Below are positions 1 through 9,528 of a stretch of DNA of 32,000 nucleotides, piece after piece (position 1 is the first letter of the stretch; each line of letters starts with the position of its first letter). The notes under the pieces are model-generated. The model saw only the letters and a program-made list of their open reading frames with translations. It did not search any database and was not told the DNA's origin. Source of the DNA: Ktedonobacterales bacterium (lineage in GTDB: Bacteria; Chloroflexota; Ktedonobacteria; Ktedonobacterales; JADMIN01); contig CP126532.1 of the NCBI GenBank assembly GCA_030167145.1, positions 4,830,001 to 4,862,000 on the forward strand, given 5' to 3'. The position numbers and the translations under genes are program-made.

Positions 1-753
1 GAGGCGCCGGCCCATATCGAGCGCCAATACCATATCTTTTTGCATCATGTTGACATCGAACCAGACATCGTTCGGTTCTTCGAGAATGAACGGCGCGCGG
101 TATTGAAGGGAAGGTGAGGCGATGACGCTATCGAGCAATACTTTCAGCGCGGTCTGACGTGGAATACCCCCTTTTTGGGCGAGCAACAAACCCTCGCAGA
201 GCGCCGTAAACTGCACCTGTAGATTGAGATTGACCGCGATCTTCATCAATACTGCCTGGCCATTTTCGCCGACGTAATTTACTGTGGGGGCGATGTCGAG
301 CAGCACCAGCTTCGCGCGCTCGAACACCGATGGTTCGCCGCCAACCATCATCGAGAGTTTGCCCTGTTCGAGCGTTATCACGCTGCCCGATATCGGCGCG
401 TCGAGCATGCGTGCGCCTATCAGAGCGACCTGCGCCGCAATTTCGCGCGACATGCTGGGACTCACTGTGCTCATGTCCACGTAGATCTTGTCTGTCCGCA
501 ACCCCGCTAAGATGCCATCGGGGCCGCCAATCACGGCTTTAAGGGCTTCGGTATCCGTGACCATGGAAAAGGTGATGTCGGCGGCTTCGCTCACAGCGCG
601 TGGCGACTCGCCCCACCGCATGCCTGCGTCGAGCAGCCATTGAGCCTTTGCGCGGGTGCGGTTGTATCCAATCACCGTATGGCCAGCGTCGAGCAATCGC
701 TTGGTTACTCGGCCACCCATGGCCCCTAGACCAACGAAGCCAATTGTCGTCAT
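1..753 (-). CDS. NAD(P)-dependent beta-hydroxyacid dehydrogenase (3-hydroxyisobutyrate / 6-phosphogluconate dehydrogenase family); 3' end outside window
   Basis: Own translation of the minus strand from ATG at 753-751: MTTIGFVGLGAMGGRVTKRLLDAGHTVIGYNRT (GxGxxG Rossmann motif) ... RMLDAPISGSVITLEQGKLSMMVGG. The frame is open to position 1. It is missing from the ORF track because it has no stop in the window. Confidence 0.8.
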   Translation of the reverse strand, partial: MTTIGFVGLGAMGGRVTKRLLDAGHTVIGYNRTRAKAQWLLDAGMRWGESPRAVSEAADITFSMVTDTEALKAVIGGPDGILAGLRTDKIYVDMSTVSPSMSREIAAQVALIGARMLDAPISGSVITLEQGKLSMMVGGEPSVFERAKLVLLDIAPTVNYVGENGQAVLMKIAVNLNLQVQFTALCEGLLLAQKGGIPRQTALKVLLDSVIASPSLQYRAPFILEEPNDVWFDVNMMQKDMVLALDMGRRL

Positions 754-906
754 GTGGCGCCTCCGAAATATAGACGGGATGAACGAACGAGTCCGCCGGG
801 TATGATTCACCTTTGAGCACCTCCCCCGCATCGCACAGGTATGATATATGGCCCATCCATCTCTCATATCGCCTGTTTCTCTTTGGACAAGGTATAGCGA
901 GCAGAT

Positions 907-1929
907 TCACTCTCGCGGCGCGGGCGCAGGCCCCGTGCTGTCGCGCACATAGAGCGTGACTGGCAAGATGGCTGGCTCGACAAAGCCCCTCTCGCCCAGC
1001 AATTGAGCCAGTAAGCGTTCAGCAGCTTTGACTCCCATAGCATGCACCGGCAAATGCAATGTCGTCAGGCGCGGCGTGGTCTGCGCCACCGTGGAGAGAT
1101 CATTGAAGCCAATCACAGAGAGATCGTGTGGTATCACCATCCCCGCTTCGTTCGCGGCGCGCATCGCGCCTGCCGCCGCCAGGTCGTTGACGGCGAAGAC
1201 GGCGGTGGGCGGGATGGATAACGTGAGCAGTTGCTGCATCGCCTCATAGCCGCCCTGGTCGCGAAAGCTGCCCCCTACCAGCAGATCGGGGTCAAAGGGT
1301 ATCCGATGGCGCTCAAGCGCGTCGCGATAACCCTGTCGGCGGGTGTGTCCGGTGGACATCTCGTCTGATCCAGCGATATGCGCGATGCGCTGATGACCTA
1401 AGCCGATAAGATACTCCACGGCGGTCATAGATCCTGTGTAGTCGGCGGGAACGACCGCGTTGGGAGGGATGGGATCCGTGTGGCGATTGAGCAGCACAAC
1501 GGGAAAATGTTCAGCAATGAGCTGTTGTACCGCCCGATCATGGCGTCGGGCTGTAGCGAGAATCAGCCCGTCTACCTGCCGCTCGCGCAGCATCGTGATG
1601 CCACGTTCGCCGCGCGCGCTATCATCATCGGTGTTGGCGAGGATGACGCTATAATCACGTTCTGCCAGGGCATCTTCGATTCCCCGAAACATCAAGGCAA
1701 AGAACGGATTGGAGATATCGGGAATCAGAGCGCCAATGACATTGCTGCGCTTGGTACGTAGGGAGCGCGCCAACCGATTCGGCTGATAGCCATGCTCATC
1801 AGCGAGCGCCAGAATGCGCTGGCGAAGCTCCTCACTCACACGCTGGTGAGGGTCATCATTGATCACCCGTGCGACGGTGGACGGGTGTACCCCTGCAAGT
1901 CGCCCCAACTCTTTTAACGTCACAGCCAT
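907..1929 (-). CDS. LacI/GalR-family transcriptional repressor
   Basis: 340-aa ORF. N-terminal HTH MAVTLKELGRLAGVHPSTVARVIN, followed by a periplasmic-binding-protein-like core (NVIGALIPDISNPFF...). Confidence 0.95.
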   Translation of the reverse strand: MAVTLKELGRLAGVHPSTVARVINDDPHQRVSEELRQRILALADEHGYQPNRLARSLRTKRSNVIGALIPDISNPFFALMFRGIEDALAERDYSVILANTDDDSARGERGITMLRERQVDGLILATARRHDRAVQQLIAEHFPVVLLNRHTDPIPPNAVVPADYTGSMTAVEYLIGLGHQRIAHIAGSDEMSTGHTRRQGYRDALERHRIPFDPDLLVGGSFRDQGGYEAMQQLLTLSIPPTAVFAVNDLAAAGAMRAANEAGMVIPHDLSVIGFNDLSTVAQTTPRLTTLHLPVHAMGVKAAERLLAQLLGERGFVEPAILPVTLYVRDSTGPAPAPRE

Positions 1930-1961
1930 GGATTCTGCCTTTATGCCGTGAAATCGAATCT

Positions 1962-2004
1962 TGAGCGCAATCGTTCGTGCTAAGTGAACAAACGATTGTG
2001 CTCA
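1962..2004. promoter_or_regulatory. Two LacI-type operator pseudo-palindromes upstream of the lacI-family gene (probable autoregulation)
   Basis: tgagcgcAATCGTTcgtgcta (1962-1982) and gtgaacaAACGATTgtgctca (1984-2004). Both are centred on CG and share the AATCGTT core with the two sites at 2198-2234. Confidence 0.6.
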
Positions 2005-2165
2005 AATGTAGCACCGATCAACACGTCTGTCAATCGGCGACGTAAGGTCGAGGTAAGTCCCACACCTGATGCGGTAGCATGGTGAGATTATGCGCAATTT
2101 ACGCGTAATAACTTCACTAAGAGTGAGCAGTGGCATGGCGTAGCGCCTCTCTGATATCTAGCATA

Positions 2166-2194
2166 TTGACATACGCTGAAACAGATGCTACAGT
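2166..2194 (+). promoter_or_regulatory. Sigma-70-like promoter of the hydrolase/ABC operon
   Basis: TTGACA (2166-2171), 17-nt spacer, TACAGT (2189-2194). Operator sites start 4 nt downstream. Confidence 0.55.
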
Positions 2195-2197
2195 CTC

Positions 2198-2234
2198 AGA
2201 CAATCGTTTGTCCAGTTGAGCAAACGATTGTTCA
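2198..2234. promoter_or_regulatory. Two LacI-type operators overlapping the transcription start region of the hydrolase/ABC operon
   Basis: agACAATCGTTTGTcc (2198-2213) and ttgagCAAACGATTGttca (2216-2234). Same core as the sites at 1962-2004. Confidence 0.65.
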
Positions 2235-2347
2235 TCTGGCTCGGCACAGTCCACGTGCTCGCGAGATCTATGGCCGGGCGCCTGGCTTGGCCGCTGTGGA
2301 GACTTGTAGGGTGCTCTGGGCAATCGTCGCACAGGAAGGGGCATTCG

Positions 2348-3424
2348 GTGGGGAGGGACGAGCGGGTACAGATCGCAATCGAGAACTGGGCGCCACGATT
2401 TGTGAACAATGGCGTAGATTTCAGCGATTTTCAGCGGGTGACGGGAGGGATCGAGCGCTGGGACGATTGGTGCCGTGAATGGTCTCTCTGCGGGGCCATG
2501 CACGAGGCGCTTGGCGCTGAGGCCGAGGCACAGGCCTGCTACGCCTCTGTGGCCCAACACTATTTCCATGCGGCGATGTCATATCACATCGGCAAGTTCA
2601 TGTTCATCCACCGCCTGGCTGAATTACGCGTTGCCCATGAGCATGTCGTGCGCGACTACCAGCATGCGCTGCCCTACTTCGACTTCCCTGGTGAGCGCGT
2701 CGCCATACCATATGAACACGGCGTCACGATGTATGGCATTCTCAGGAAACCCGTACATACCGCGAATGCCCCGAAGCCGCCAGTCGTGATCCTCATCCCT
2801 GGGTTGGACTCTGTAAAAGAAGAGTTGCATGAGTATGGGAACGACTTTCTGCGGCGGGGTATGGCTGTGCTCGCGCTAGACGGTCCAGGGCAGGGTGAAA
2901 TGGAGTTCGACCATCCCATGCGATTCGACTACGAGGCGCCAATCCGCTATGCTATTGACTACCTTGAAGGGCGTCAGGATCTTGCCGCTGATCAGGTCGG
3001 CCTGCTCGGTGTAAGCCTCGGCGGCTACTATGCTCCCCGTGCGGCAGCGTTTGAGCCACGCATTCGGGCCGTGATTGCTCTGGCTGGGTGGTACGACATC
3101 GCCAGCCAGTATGACCGCGCTCCATTGCTTACGCGCGAAGCTTTCGTTGCCCGGCTCAAAGTCGCCGATGCAGCGGCGGCGCGCGAAGCCTTGAAGCAGT
3201 TCACTCTGCACGGTGTGATGGAGAAAGTGAGGTGTCCGCTACTCGTCGTGATGGGACGTCTTGATCGTGTTGTTCCGCCAGAAGAGGCAGAACGGGTAGC
3301 CGCCGAGGCTGGCGGCGAGACGACGTTGTGGATGTTCGAGGATGGCAATCATGTCTGCAACAACATTCCCTATAAGCATCGGCCGCAGCAGGCCGATTGG
3401 ATGCGTCGGCAGTTGTGTGGATGA
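2348..3424 (+). CDS. Alpha/beta-fold hydrolase (dienelactone hydrolase / FrsA / 2,6-dihydroxypseudooxynicotine-hydrolase-like)
   Basis: The track ORF 2216..3424 starts at a TTG inside the operator. I prefer the GTG at 2348, preceded by AGGAAGGGG (2333-2341). Nucleophile elbow GVSLGG. Typical alpha/beta-hydrolase C-terminal half (PLLVVMGRLDRVVP...GNHVC). Confidence 0.75.
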   Translation: MGRDERVQIAIENWAPRFVNNGVDFSDFQRVTGGIERWDDWCREWSLCGAMHEALGAEAEAQACYASVAQHYFHAAMSYHIGKFMFIHRLAELRVAHEHVVRDYQHALPYFDFPGERVAIPYEHGVTMYGILRKPVHTANAPKPPVVILIPGLDSVKEELHEYGNDFLRRGMAVLALDGPGQGEMEFDHPMRFDYEAPIRYAIDYLEGRQDLAADQVGLLGVSLGGYYAPRAAAFEPRIRAVIALAGWYDIASQYDRAPLLTREAFVARLKVADAAAAREALKQFTLHGVMEKVRCPLLVVMGRLDRVVPPEEAERVAAEAGGETTLWMFEDGNHVCNNIPYKHRPQQADWMRRQLCG

Positions 3425-3451
3425 TCTTTCCGGTATCGAAAGGGAAGAGGC

Positions 3452-4693
3452 ATGAGCAGACCAAAAGGTTCGCAACTCTGGGGAGCGCTCTGCGCTCTCG
3501 GCACATGCACTGTCATACTCGCTACACTTGCGGCATGCGGTACGTCTGGCGGTAGCACGACATCCTCCGGTCCTATCAAAATCGGCTTTACCGTATCTCT
3601 CACAGGCGACTTTTCAGATGACGGCAAGGCCGTTGAGCAGGGCTACCAACTGTGGGCCGACACGATAAATGCACACGGTGGATTACTGGGTCGCCAGGTA
3701 TCGCTCGATATCCTCGACGACGCCAGTAACCCAGATCAAGTCACCACTGATTATCAGAAGCTCATCACTGTGGATAAGGTGGACCTGCTCTTTGGGCCAT
3801 TCTCCACGCTCTTGACCAAACCCGCCTCGGTTGTGGCCCATCGCTATGGATATGCTTTGCCAGAAGGCTCAGGGGGCGGACCTTCAGTGTTTACCGCAGG
3901 CCTCAATAATGTCTTTGACGTTTCGTTGCCTGTGGCAAGCAATCTCGTCAGCTTTGCGCAATACATCCTCGCGCTGCCCGCCGCGCAACGCCCACAGACG
4001 GCGGCTTATGCGACCGAAGATGACCCATTCACGCAGCCGCAGGTGGACCTTGCCAAGCAAATGCTCGAACAAGGCGGGGTGAAGACGGCTTACTACAATG
4101 TCTATCCAGCCGAGACGACGGACTTTGCCCCCATCGCGCAGGCGGTAATCCATTCGGGTGCGCAGGTCACCATCTTTGGCACGCTTCTCCCCGACATTAC
4201 CGCGTTCATTCAGGCATTCAAGCAGCAACATTACAATCCACAGGGGCTTATTGCCACGGCGGGTCCAGATCAGGGAACGCAGTTCCTCAATAACATTGGT
4301 GGCGCACAATCGGCCGAGGGCATATTCGTCCCCAATGGATGGTATGCTGAGTTGAATGCCCCAGGTAATGCCGACATGGTCGCGGCCTACGTCGCCAAGT
4401 ACGGTGGCACGCCAGATGACATTAGCTCTGATGTCGCCGAGGCGTATTCCGTTGGGCAGGTCGTACAACAAGCGGTGACGCAGAACAAGAGCCTCGACAA
4501 TGCCAAACTGATTCAGACCTTGCACTCTGGTACCTTTACGAGCGTCCAGGGGGATGTCAAGTTTGACTCCACCGGGCAGAACACTGCAGCGACCGCGTAT
4601 CTCTTCCAGTGGCAGAGCGGCAAGCTGATTCCGGTCTTCCCTGCATCAGCCGCCACTGCGCAACCAGAATACCCCAAGCCAAACTGGCCGTAA
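3452..4693 (+). CDS. ABC transporter substrate-binding lipoprotein, Leu/Ile/Val-binding (type 1 periplasmic-binding fold) family
   Basis: 413 aa. Signal peptide with lipobox LAAC-G. The start of the mature part, IKIGFTVSLTGDFSDDGKAVEQGYQLW, is typical of LivK-like binding proteins. SD GGGAAGAGG lies before the ATG. Confidence 0.85.
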   Translation: MSRPKGSQLWGALCALGTCTVILATLAACGTSGGSTTSSGPIKIGFTVSLTGDFSDDGKAVEQGYQLWADTINAHGGLLGRQVSLDILDDASNPDQVTTDYQKLITVDKVDLLFGPFSTLLTKPASVVAHRYGYALPEGSGGGPSVFTAGLNNVFDVSLPVASNLVSFAQYILALPAAQRPQTAAYATEDDPFTQPQVDLAKQMLEQGGVKTAYYNVYPAETTDFAPIAQAVIHSGAQVTIFGTLLPDITAFIQAFKQQHYNPQGLIATAGPDQGTQFLNNIGGAQSAEGIFVPNGWYAELNAPGNADMVAAYVAKYGGTPDDISSDVAEAYSVGQVVQQAVTQNKSLDNAKLIQTLHSGTFTSVQGDVKFDSTGQNTAATAYLFQWQSGKLIPVFPASAATAQPEYPKPNWP

Positions 4694-4792
4694 GCTTCAC
4701 GTGTCATGTTCCGTGGAGAAGGTATATCCTTCTTCACGGAGATTGCGGACCTATCTCTGGCTAGCCGTTGAATCTCCTCGGAGGGTTTTCAG

Positions 4793-5668
4793 GTGGATCT
4801 GATCCTTCAAGCCGCGATCATTGGGATACTTACCGGCGGAGTCTACGCGCTGATGGCGTCGGGGCTCACCTTGACCTTTGGAGTGATGGAGATCATCAAT
4901 ATCGGGCAGGGCGCACTCGTGATTCTAGGGGCATACCTGATCTATGTGCTGGAGCAGAAGTTGCATTTGGACCTCTTCGTAGGTCTCTTGATTACTATGC
5001 CTCTCATGTTCGGCTTTGGTCTCCTCATTGAGTGGGCATTCGTCCGACCACTCAAACGGGACCGCATCATGCTCTCTATTCTGGTGACATTTGGTGTAGC
5101 GCTCGTCATCGAGGGTTTGCTCGGATTGATCTTCACCACAGACCTCGTCAGACTACAGGCTTGGTATACAACTGCATCATTTCAGGTCGCCGGATTCTAC
5201 CTTTCCTATATCTACGTGTTCGGATTCCTGCTCAGTGTCGTGTTGCTCGCCGCGCTCTATTTCTTGATCTATCGCACCAAGTTCGGTGCCAGCCTGCGCG
5301 CTCTGATGGAGAACCGGACGGCGGCACAACTCATTGGCATCCCAGTTGAGCGGGTCTCGGCAATTACCTTTGGGATTGGTGTAGCACTGACCGCAGCCGG
5401 AGGTATGGCCTTCGGCGCAACGAACAGCTTCAACCCTGGCAGCTCCTACGATCTCATCTCACGCCTGCTCGTGATTATCGTACTGGGTGGTATGGGCAGC
5501 CTTGGCGGCGCATTGATCGCTTCCGTTCTAATGCTGGTGATCGAAGATGTGACCGCAGTCATATGGTCGCCCATCTGGTCAACCACTGTCTTCTTCATCG
5601 TGCTGGTGATCGTGCTGTTGGTGCGACCCCAGGGCTTGTTTGGTCAGGTGGCGGGGAGGAAACAATAA
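4793..5668 (+). CDS. Branched-chain-amino-acid-type ABC permease (LivH-like)
   Basis: 291-aa polytopic membrane protein. MDLILQAAIIGILTGGVYALMASGLTLTFGV is the typical LivH N-terminus. Confidence 0.9.
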   Translation: MDLILQAAIIGILTGGVYALMASGLTLTFGVMEIINIGQGALVILGAYLIYVLEQKLHLDLFVGLLITMPLMFGFGLLIEWAFVRPLKRDRIMLSILVTFGVALVIEGLLGLIFTTDLVRLQAWYTTASFQVAGFYLSYIYVFGFLLSVVLLAALYFLIYRTKFGASLRALMENRTAAQLIGIPVERVSAITFGIGVALTAAGGMAFGATNSFNPGSSYDLISRLLVIIVLGGMGSLGGALIASVLMLVIEDVTAVIWSPIWSTTVFFIVLVIVLLVRPQGLFGQVAGRKQ

Positions 5669-6727
5669 GTGAAGAGCAAACCGATCTGGCTCCTCGCCCT
5701 GCTTGCGGCGGCAGTGGCCCTGCCGCTGGTGTTTCCAAACCCAACCATCACCACCATTGCGGTACTGACAGTGATCTTCGCGGCGGCGGCAACCGCCTGG
5801 AATATCTTCGCTGGCTATACCGGCTATATTGCCCTGGGTCATGCGGCCTTCTTTGGGACGGGCGCATACTCTCTGGCCATCATTTGCCAACATTGGCATG
5901 TGCCGGCTGACTTCACGCCCTTTGCACTCTTGCCACTGTGCGGCGTGATCGCGGCAGTGGTATCACTTCCGCTCGGTCTGGTCGCATTGCGCACACGCGG
6001 TCACACCTTCATAGTTATCACCATTGCCATGTTCTTTGTCGCGCAGTTGCTGGCCTACGATCTGCGCGGTGTGACTCACGGCTCAGCGGGTCTGAGTCTG
6101 CCTATCCCGCTCTGGAGCGGCGACTTCTACAATATGCCCTTCTACTATGCCGGTTTGCTTATTCTGCTGCTCGCGCTAGCCGTCTCCTGGTGGATTCGCA
6201 ACTCGAAATACGGCCTGGGTTTGCTCGCCATCCGCGACGACGAGGATCGGGCGCTGGGGCTAGGCGTGAAGACTGGTCCTTCGAAGTTGTTGGCCTTTGT
6301 CATCTCCGCCTTTTTTGTCGGCATGCTCGGTGCATTATGGGCCTACTATATTGAGTCCATCTTTCCGCCGTTTGCCTTCGATGCACTCTTCGATGTCGCT
6401 ATTGCGCTCATGACCTTCATGGGCGGGATTGGTACACTCGTCGGGCCGATTTTGGGCGCGCTGCTTCTGGAGCCAGCCCAGCAGTTGTTCGCGGTCTACT
6501 TCGGCCAATCCGGCTGGTATCTCGTGCTGTATGGGGCGCTGCTCCTTGTAGTCATCTTATTGTTGCCGGAGGGCATCGTGCCGACGATACGCAAGCGCTG
6601 GGCGCAGTGGACCGCCGCCCGCGCACGATCCAGCCCCAATTCGCCCGCACCTGCGCCTCCACTTCCGCCTTCTCCTACATCACAGCATCCGGCGATAGCT
6701 GCCAGAGGAGAGGGTGGAGAACGATGA
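5669..6727 (+). CDS. Branched-chain-amino-acid-type ABC permease (LivM-like) with Pro-rich C-terminal tail
   Basis: 352 aa. GTG start abuts the livH-like stop. Contains NIFAGYTGYIALGHAAFFGTGAY and LAIRDDEDRALGLGV motifs. Confidence 0.9.
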   Translation: MKSKPIWLLALLAAAVALPLVFPNPTITTIAVLTVIFAAAATAWNIFAGYTGYIALGHAAFFGTGAYSLAIICQHWHVPADFTPFALLPLCGVIAAVVSLPLGLVALRTRGHTFIVITIAMFFVAQLLAYDLRGVTHGSAGLSLPIPLWSGDFYNMPFYYAGLLILLLALAVSWWIRNSKYGLGLLAIRDDEDRALGLGVKTGPSKLLAFVISAFFVGMLGALWAYYIESIFPPFAFDALFDVAIALMTFMGGIGTLVGPILGALLLEPAQQLFAVYFGQSGWYLVLYGALLLVVILLLPEGIVPTIRKRWAQWTAARARSSPNSPAPAPPLPPSPTSQHPAIAARGEGGER

Positions 6728-7455
6728 GTATGCTCGAAATACGCAACATCTCCAAGGCGTATGGGGGTATCCAGGCGCTCAGTGCCTGCACCATCAATGT
6801 TGAGCAGGGCAAGATCACGGGACTGATCGGGCCGAATGGCTCCGGCAAGACGACGCTATTCAACGTCATCACTGGATACGAACGTCCAGATGCGGGCGCG
6901 GTAAACTTCAATGGTACGCCAATTACCAACGCTGCCCCAGACCGTGTGTTTGCGCACGGCATCGGGCGCACGTTTCAGCTTACTCGGATCTTCCCGAGGC
7001 TGACGGTCCTTGAGAATATGCATGTCGCCGCGCCGCGCAATGGTTCTATGGGGATCTTTCGGCGCTGGAGTTCGGCGCACGAGCGCTCCCGCGCTATCGA
7101 ACTGCTTGAGTTCGTCGGCATCGCCCACCTTCAGGGGATGCCTGCTGAAAACCTCTCGTATGGTCAGAAGAAGCTGCTTGAGTTCGCCTGTATCCTTATC
7201 GCTGATCCGCAGGTGATACTGCTGGACGAACCTGCTGGCGGCGTGAATCCCACGATGACCAACCAACTGGCTGACCGCATCCGCCTGCTGAATCAGCGCG
7301 GAGTTACCTTCCTGGTGGTAGAGCACAACATGGAGTTCGTCATGGGATTATGCGACACGGTGAACGTCATGCACCACGGAGCCAAGATTGCCGAAGGCAC
7401 GCCCATCGAAGTGCGCAATGATCCTGCAGTGCTGGAAGCCTACCTGGGAGACTAA
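6724..7455 (+). CDS. ABC transporter ATP-binding protein (LivG-like)
   Basis: The ATG at 6724 overlaps the upstream stop (ATGA), so the track start at 6607 is rejected. Walker A GPNGSGKTT, signature LSYGQKK, Walker B ILLDEP. Confidence 0.9.
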   Translation: MSMLEIRNISKAYGGIQALSACTINVEQGKITGLIGPNGSGKTTLFNVITGYERPDAGAVNFNGTPITNAAPDRVFAHGIGRTFQLTRIFPRLTVLENMHVAAPRNGSMGIFRRWSSAHERSRAIELLEFVGIAHLQGMPAENLSYGQKKLLEFACILIADPQVILLDEPAGGVNPTMTNQLADRIRLLNQRGVTFLVVEHNMEFVMGLCDTVNVMHHGAKIAEGTPIEVRNDPAVLEAYLGD

Positions 7456-7460
7456 GAGCC

Positions 7461-8201
7461 ATGCTGCTGAACTTGACCAATGTTGTCGCTGGATACGGCG
7501 GGAGTGACGTCCTCCAAGGAGTTAATCTCGCCGTCGAAGATGGATCTATCACCTGCATCGTGGGGCCAAACGGCGCGGGTAAATCTACCGTGTTGCGTGT
7601 GGTAAGTGGCTTGCTGCGGCCCCGCACAGGCGAGATCACCTATAATGGACGATCCATTGCTGGGATGAATCCACGCCAAATCCTGTCTCTGGGCATCGTT
7701 CAGGTTGCGCAGAATCACAGTGTATTTCCGAAAATGACGGTGCGCGAGAACGTGCGCTTGGGGGCTTTCATGCTCTCAGATCGTGCGCTGGTCAATCGTC
7801 GTTTGGAGGAAGTCGAGGAGATGTTTCCCGTGGTGAAGGAACGCGCGAACGACAAAGCAGGCAGCCTGTCTGGTGGCCAGCAGCGTCTGGTAGAGTTCGC
7901 GCGCTGTCTCATGCTGGATCCCCAGTTGATTCTGTTAGATGAGCCATCCATGGGGCTTGATCCTAAGACCCTCAGGCAGGTCTTCGAGCGGGTCAAAGCG
8001 ATGCAGCAGGGCGGGCGAACGATTCTACTCGTTGAGCAGAATGCGCGTGCGGGCCTGGGCATTTCTAATCACGGAGTGGTGATGGAGAGCGGCCGTGTTC
8101 GGCTGGAAGGGTCGCATGAGGATGTTCTCAGCAACCCGGAGATCAGCCAACTGTATCTAGGTGGCACCATATCGGCAGCGCCCAAAACCAGCATTTCTTA
8201 G
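7461..8201 (+). CDS. ABC transporter ATP-binding protein (LivF-like)
   Basis: 246 aa. Walker A GPNGAGKST, signature LSGGQQ, Walker B LILLDEPS. Confidence 0.9.
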   Translation: MLLNLTNVVAGYGGSDVLQGVNLAVEDGSITCIVGPNGAGKSTVLRVVSGLLRPRTGEITYNGRSIAGMNPRQILSLGIVQVAQNHSVFPKMTVRENVRLGAFMLSDRALVNRRLEEVEEMFPVVKERANDKAGSLSGGQQRLVEFARCLMLDPQLILLDEPSMGLDPKTLRQVFERVKAMQQGGRTILLVEQNARAGLGISNHGVVMESGRVRLEGSHEDVLSNPEISQLYLGGTISAAPKTSIS

Positions 8202-8313
8202 TGCCGAGAAGCGAAGCGAGATATGGCAGCGCGCACGCTTGCGATGCCCTAATCCAGATGTCTCGCGGTGTATCAACCCGACGGCAACTGATGAGAATGG
8301 GATGGGCTGCGAT

Positions 8314-8700
8314 ATGATCAATGTGCTTGTCGCCGACGACGACCGCGACATTCGCGATACCGTCCGCATCATCCTGGAGGATGCGGGCTATGCGGTGCAG
8401 GAGGCTGAAAACGGGCTACAAGCGCTTGACTGCCTGCGGTCCACACCCGATCCGCTGGTAGTGTTGTTAGATGTGAACATGCCAGGCATGACCGGCTTGG
8501 AGGTTCTTGAGTTCGTAGCGCGGTGTCCACCGCTGTGTTCGCGGCATACATATATTGTCATCACGGCCTCCTCCGCAAAGTCACTTGTCCAGATACAGAG
8601 TTCCCTGTCGAGCGCCCTTGCGCTGGCAGCGCTGGGCAAGCCATTCGATGTAGATGCGTTACTTGATACGGTAGCACATGCAGCCAGCCGCCTCGCATGA
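8314..8700 (+). CDS. Stand-alone response-regulator receiver (CheY-like, no output domain)
   Basis: MINVLVADDDRDIRD...VVLLDVNMPGMTG...GKPF: acidic pocket, phospho-acceptor Asp and conserved Lys are all present. The track ORF starts at 8161, but the receiver fold begins at the ATG at 8314 (ATG 8302 is also possible). Confidence 0.8.
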   Translation: MINVLVADDDRDIRDTVRIILEDAGYAVQEAENGLQALDCLRSTPDPLVVLLDVNMPGMTGLEVLEFVARCPPLCSRHTYIVITASSAKSLVQIQSSLSSALALAALGKPFDVDALLDTVAHAASRLA

Positions 8701-8788
8701 CTGGCACAGCGCAGGCACGTCTGCAGTACGGCCTGTGGGCAACCGCGGTTGCCGTGCAGTGCGCGTTTCCCACGCGTTCAAAGGCTTT

Positions 8789-9457
8789 TTAGCTCCCACT
8801 TGGGCTGAGCGCCGCCATCATCGCCTGGACGAATGCGATCTCATCTTGATTGACGGTATGTGCCATATTCGGGTAGATACGTTCCGTCACCTTGCCACCC
8901 ATCCGCTGTAGCACCTCTGCGGTCAGGTTCACGCGCCCCTGTGGTATATGAGGATCAACATTACTGCACCCTAGAAAGACGGGTGTGCCCGCCAGCGACC
9001 CCGCATAGTCTCGCGGGGTGTCATCTGGCCCAATAAGTCCGCCGCTCCAGCCCACGACGCCACCGTAGTGTTGAGCATGGCGCGCTACATATTCGAGCGC
9101 TAAGCAAGCTCCCTGCGAGAATCCAAGAATGATGGTGTGCTCTGATGGAATGCCCGCGCTGGTGATCTCCGCGAGCACGGCATCAATGAGGGCCAATCCA
9201 GAGGAGAGGCCCGGTTCGTTGCTGGGAATAGAGGCAAGGAAACTATTCGGATACCACGTATTGCCCGCCGCCTGAGGTGCGAGATAGGCGAATCCCGGTA
9301 GGGCCAGCTCACCAGCAAAGAACAATATGTCCTCCGCTGTAGCGCCCCGCCCGTGTACTAAGACCATCGCCGCAGATGCGTGGCTGAGCGGCTCGCCAGC
9401 GGCGAGCACTGGCTGACCCTGGTGCGGACCATCGAACGCAGAAGAGTGTTTGGTCAT
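8789..9457 (-). CDS. Phospholipase/carboxylesterase-family alpha/beta hydrolase (MhqD-like)
   Basis: 222 aa. VLVHGRGATAEDI, nucleophile elbow GFSQGA, C-terminal His region (NMAHTV). Confidence 0.8.
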   Translation of the reverse strand: MTKHSSAFDGPHQGQPVLAAGEPLSHASAAMVLVHGRGATAEDILFFAGELALPGFAYLAPQAAGNTWYPNSFLASIPSNEPGLSSGLALIDAVLAEITSAGIPSEHTIILGFSQGACLALEYVARHAQHYGGVVGWSGGLIGPDDTPRDYAGSLAGTPVFLGCSNVDPHIPQGRVNLTAEVLQRMGGKVTERIYPNMAHTVNQDEIAFVQAMMAALSPSGS

Positions 9458-9528
9458 AGGTGAGACTCCATTACGCCCTTAAAGAACAGCCTCGCCGACT
9501 CGCTCGCATACGGCACGTCGAACGTCAT

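Noticed and set aside
539-910. The 123-aa minus-strand ORF.
   Set aside because: It is out of frame with, and overlapping, the clearly recognisable dehydrogenase gene (1..753). The remainder is intergenic.
2216-2347. The N-terminal 44 codons of track ORF 2216..3424.
   Set aside because: The TTG start sits inside the LacI operator, immediately after the promoter. The peptide (MSKRLFIWLGTVHVLARSMAG...) is not hydrolase-like. A GTG with a good SD occurs at 2348.
3884-4525. The 213-aa minus-strand ORF, and other ORFs antisense to the ABC genes (for example 16826..17404, 16259..16786, 7715..8062).
   Set aside because: They are antisense shadows of well-supported transporter genes and show no recognisable domains.
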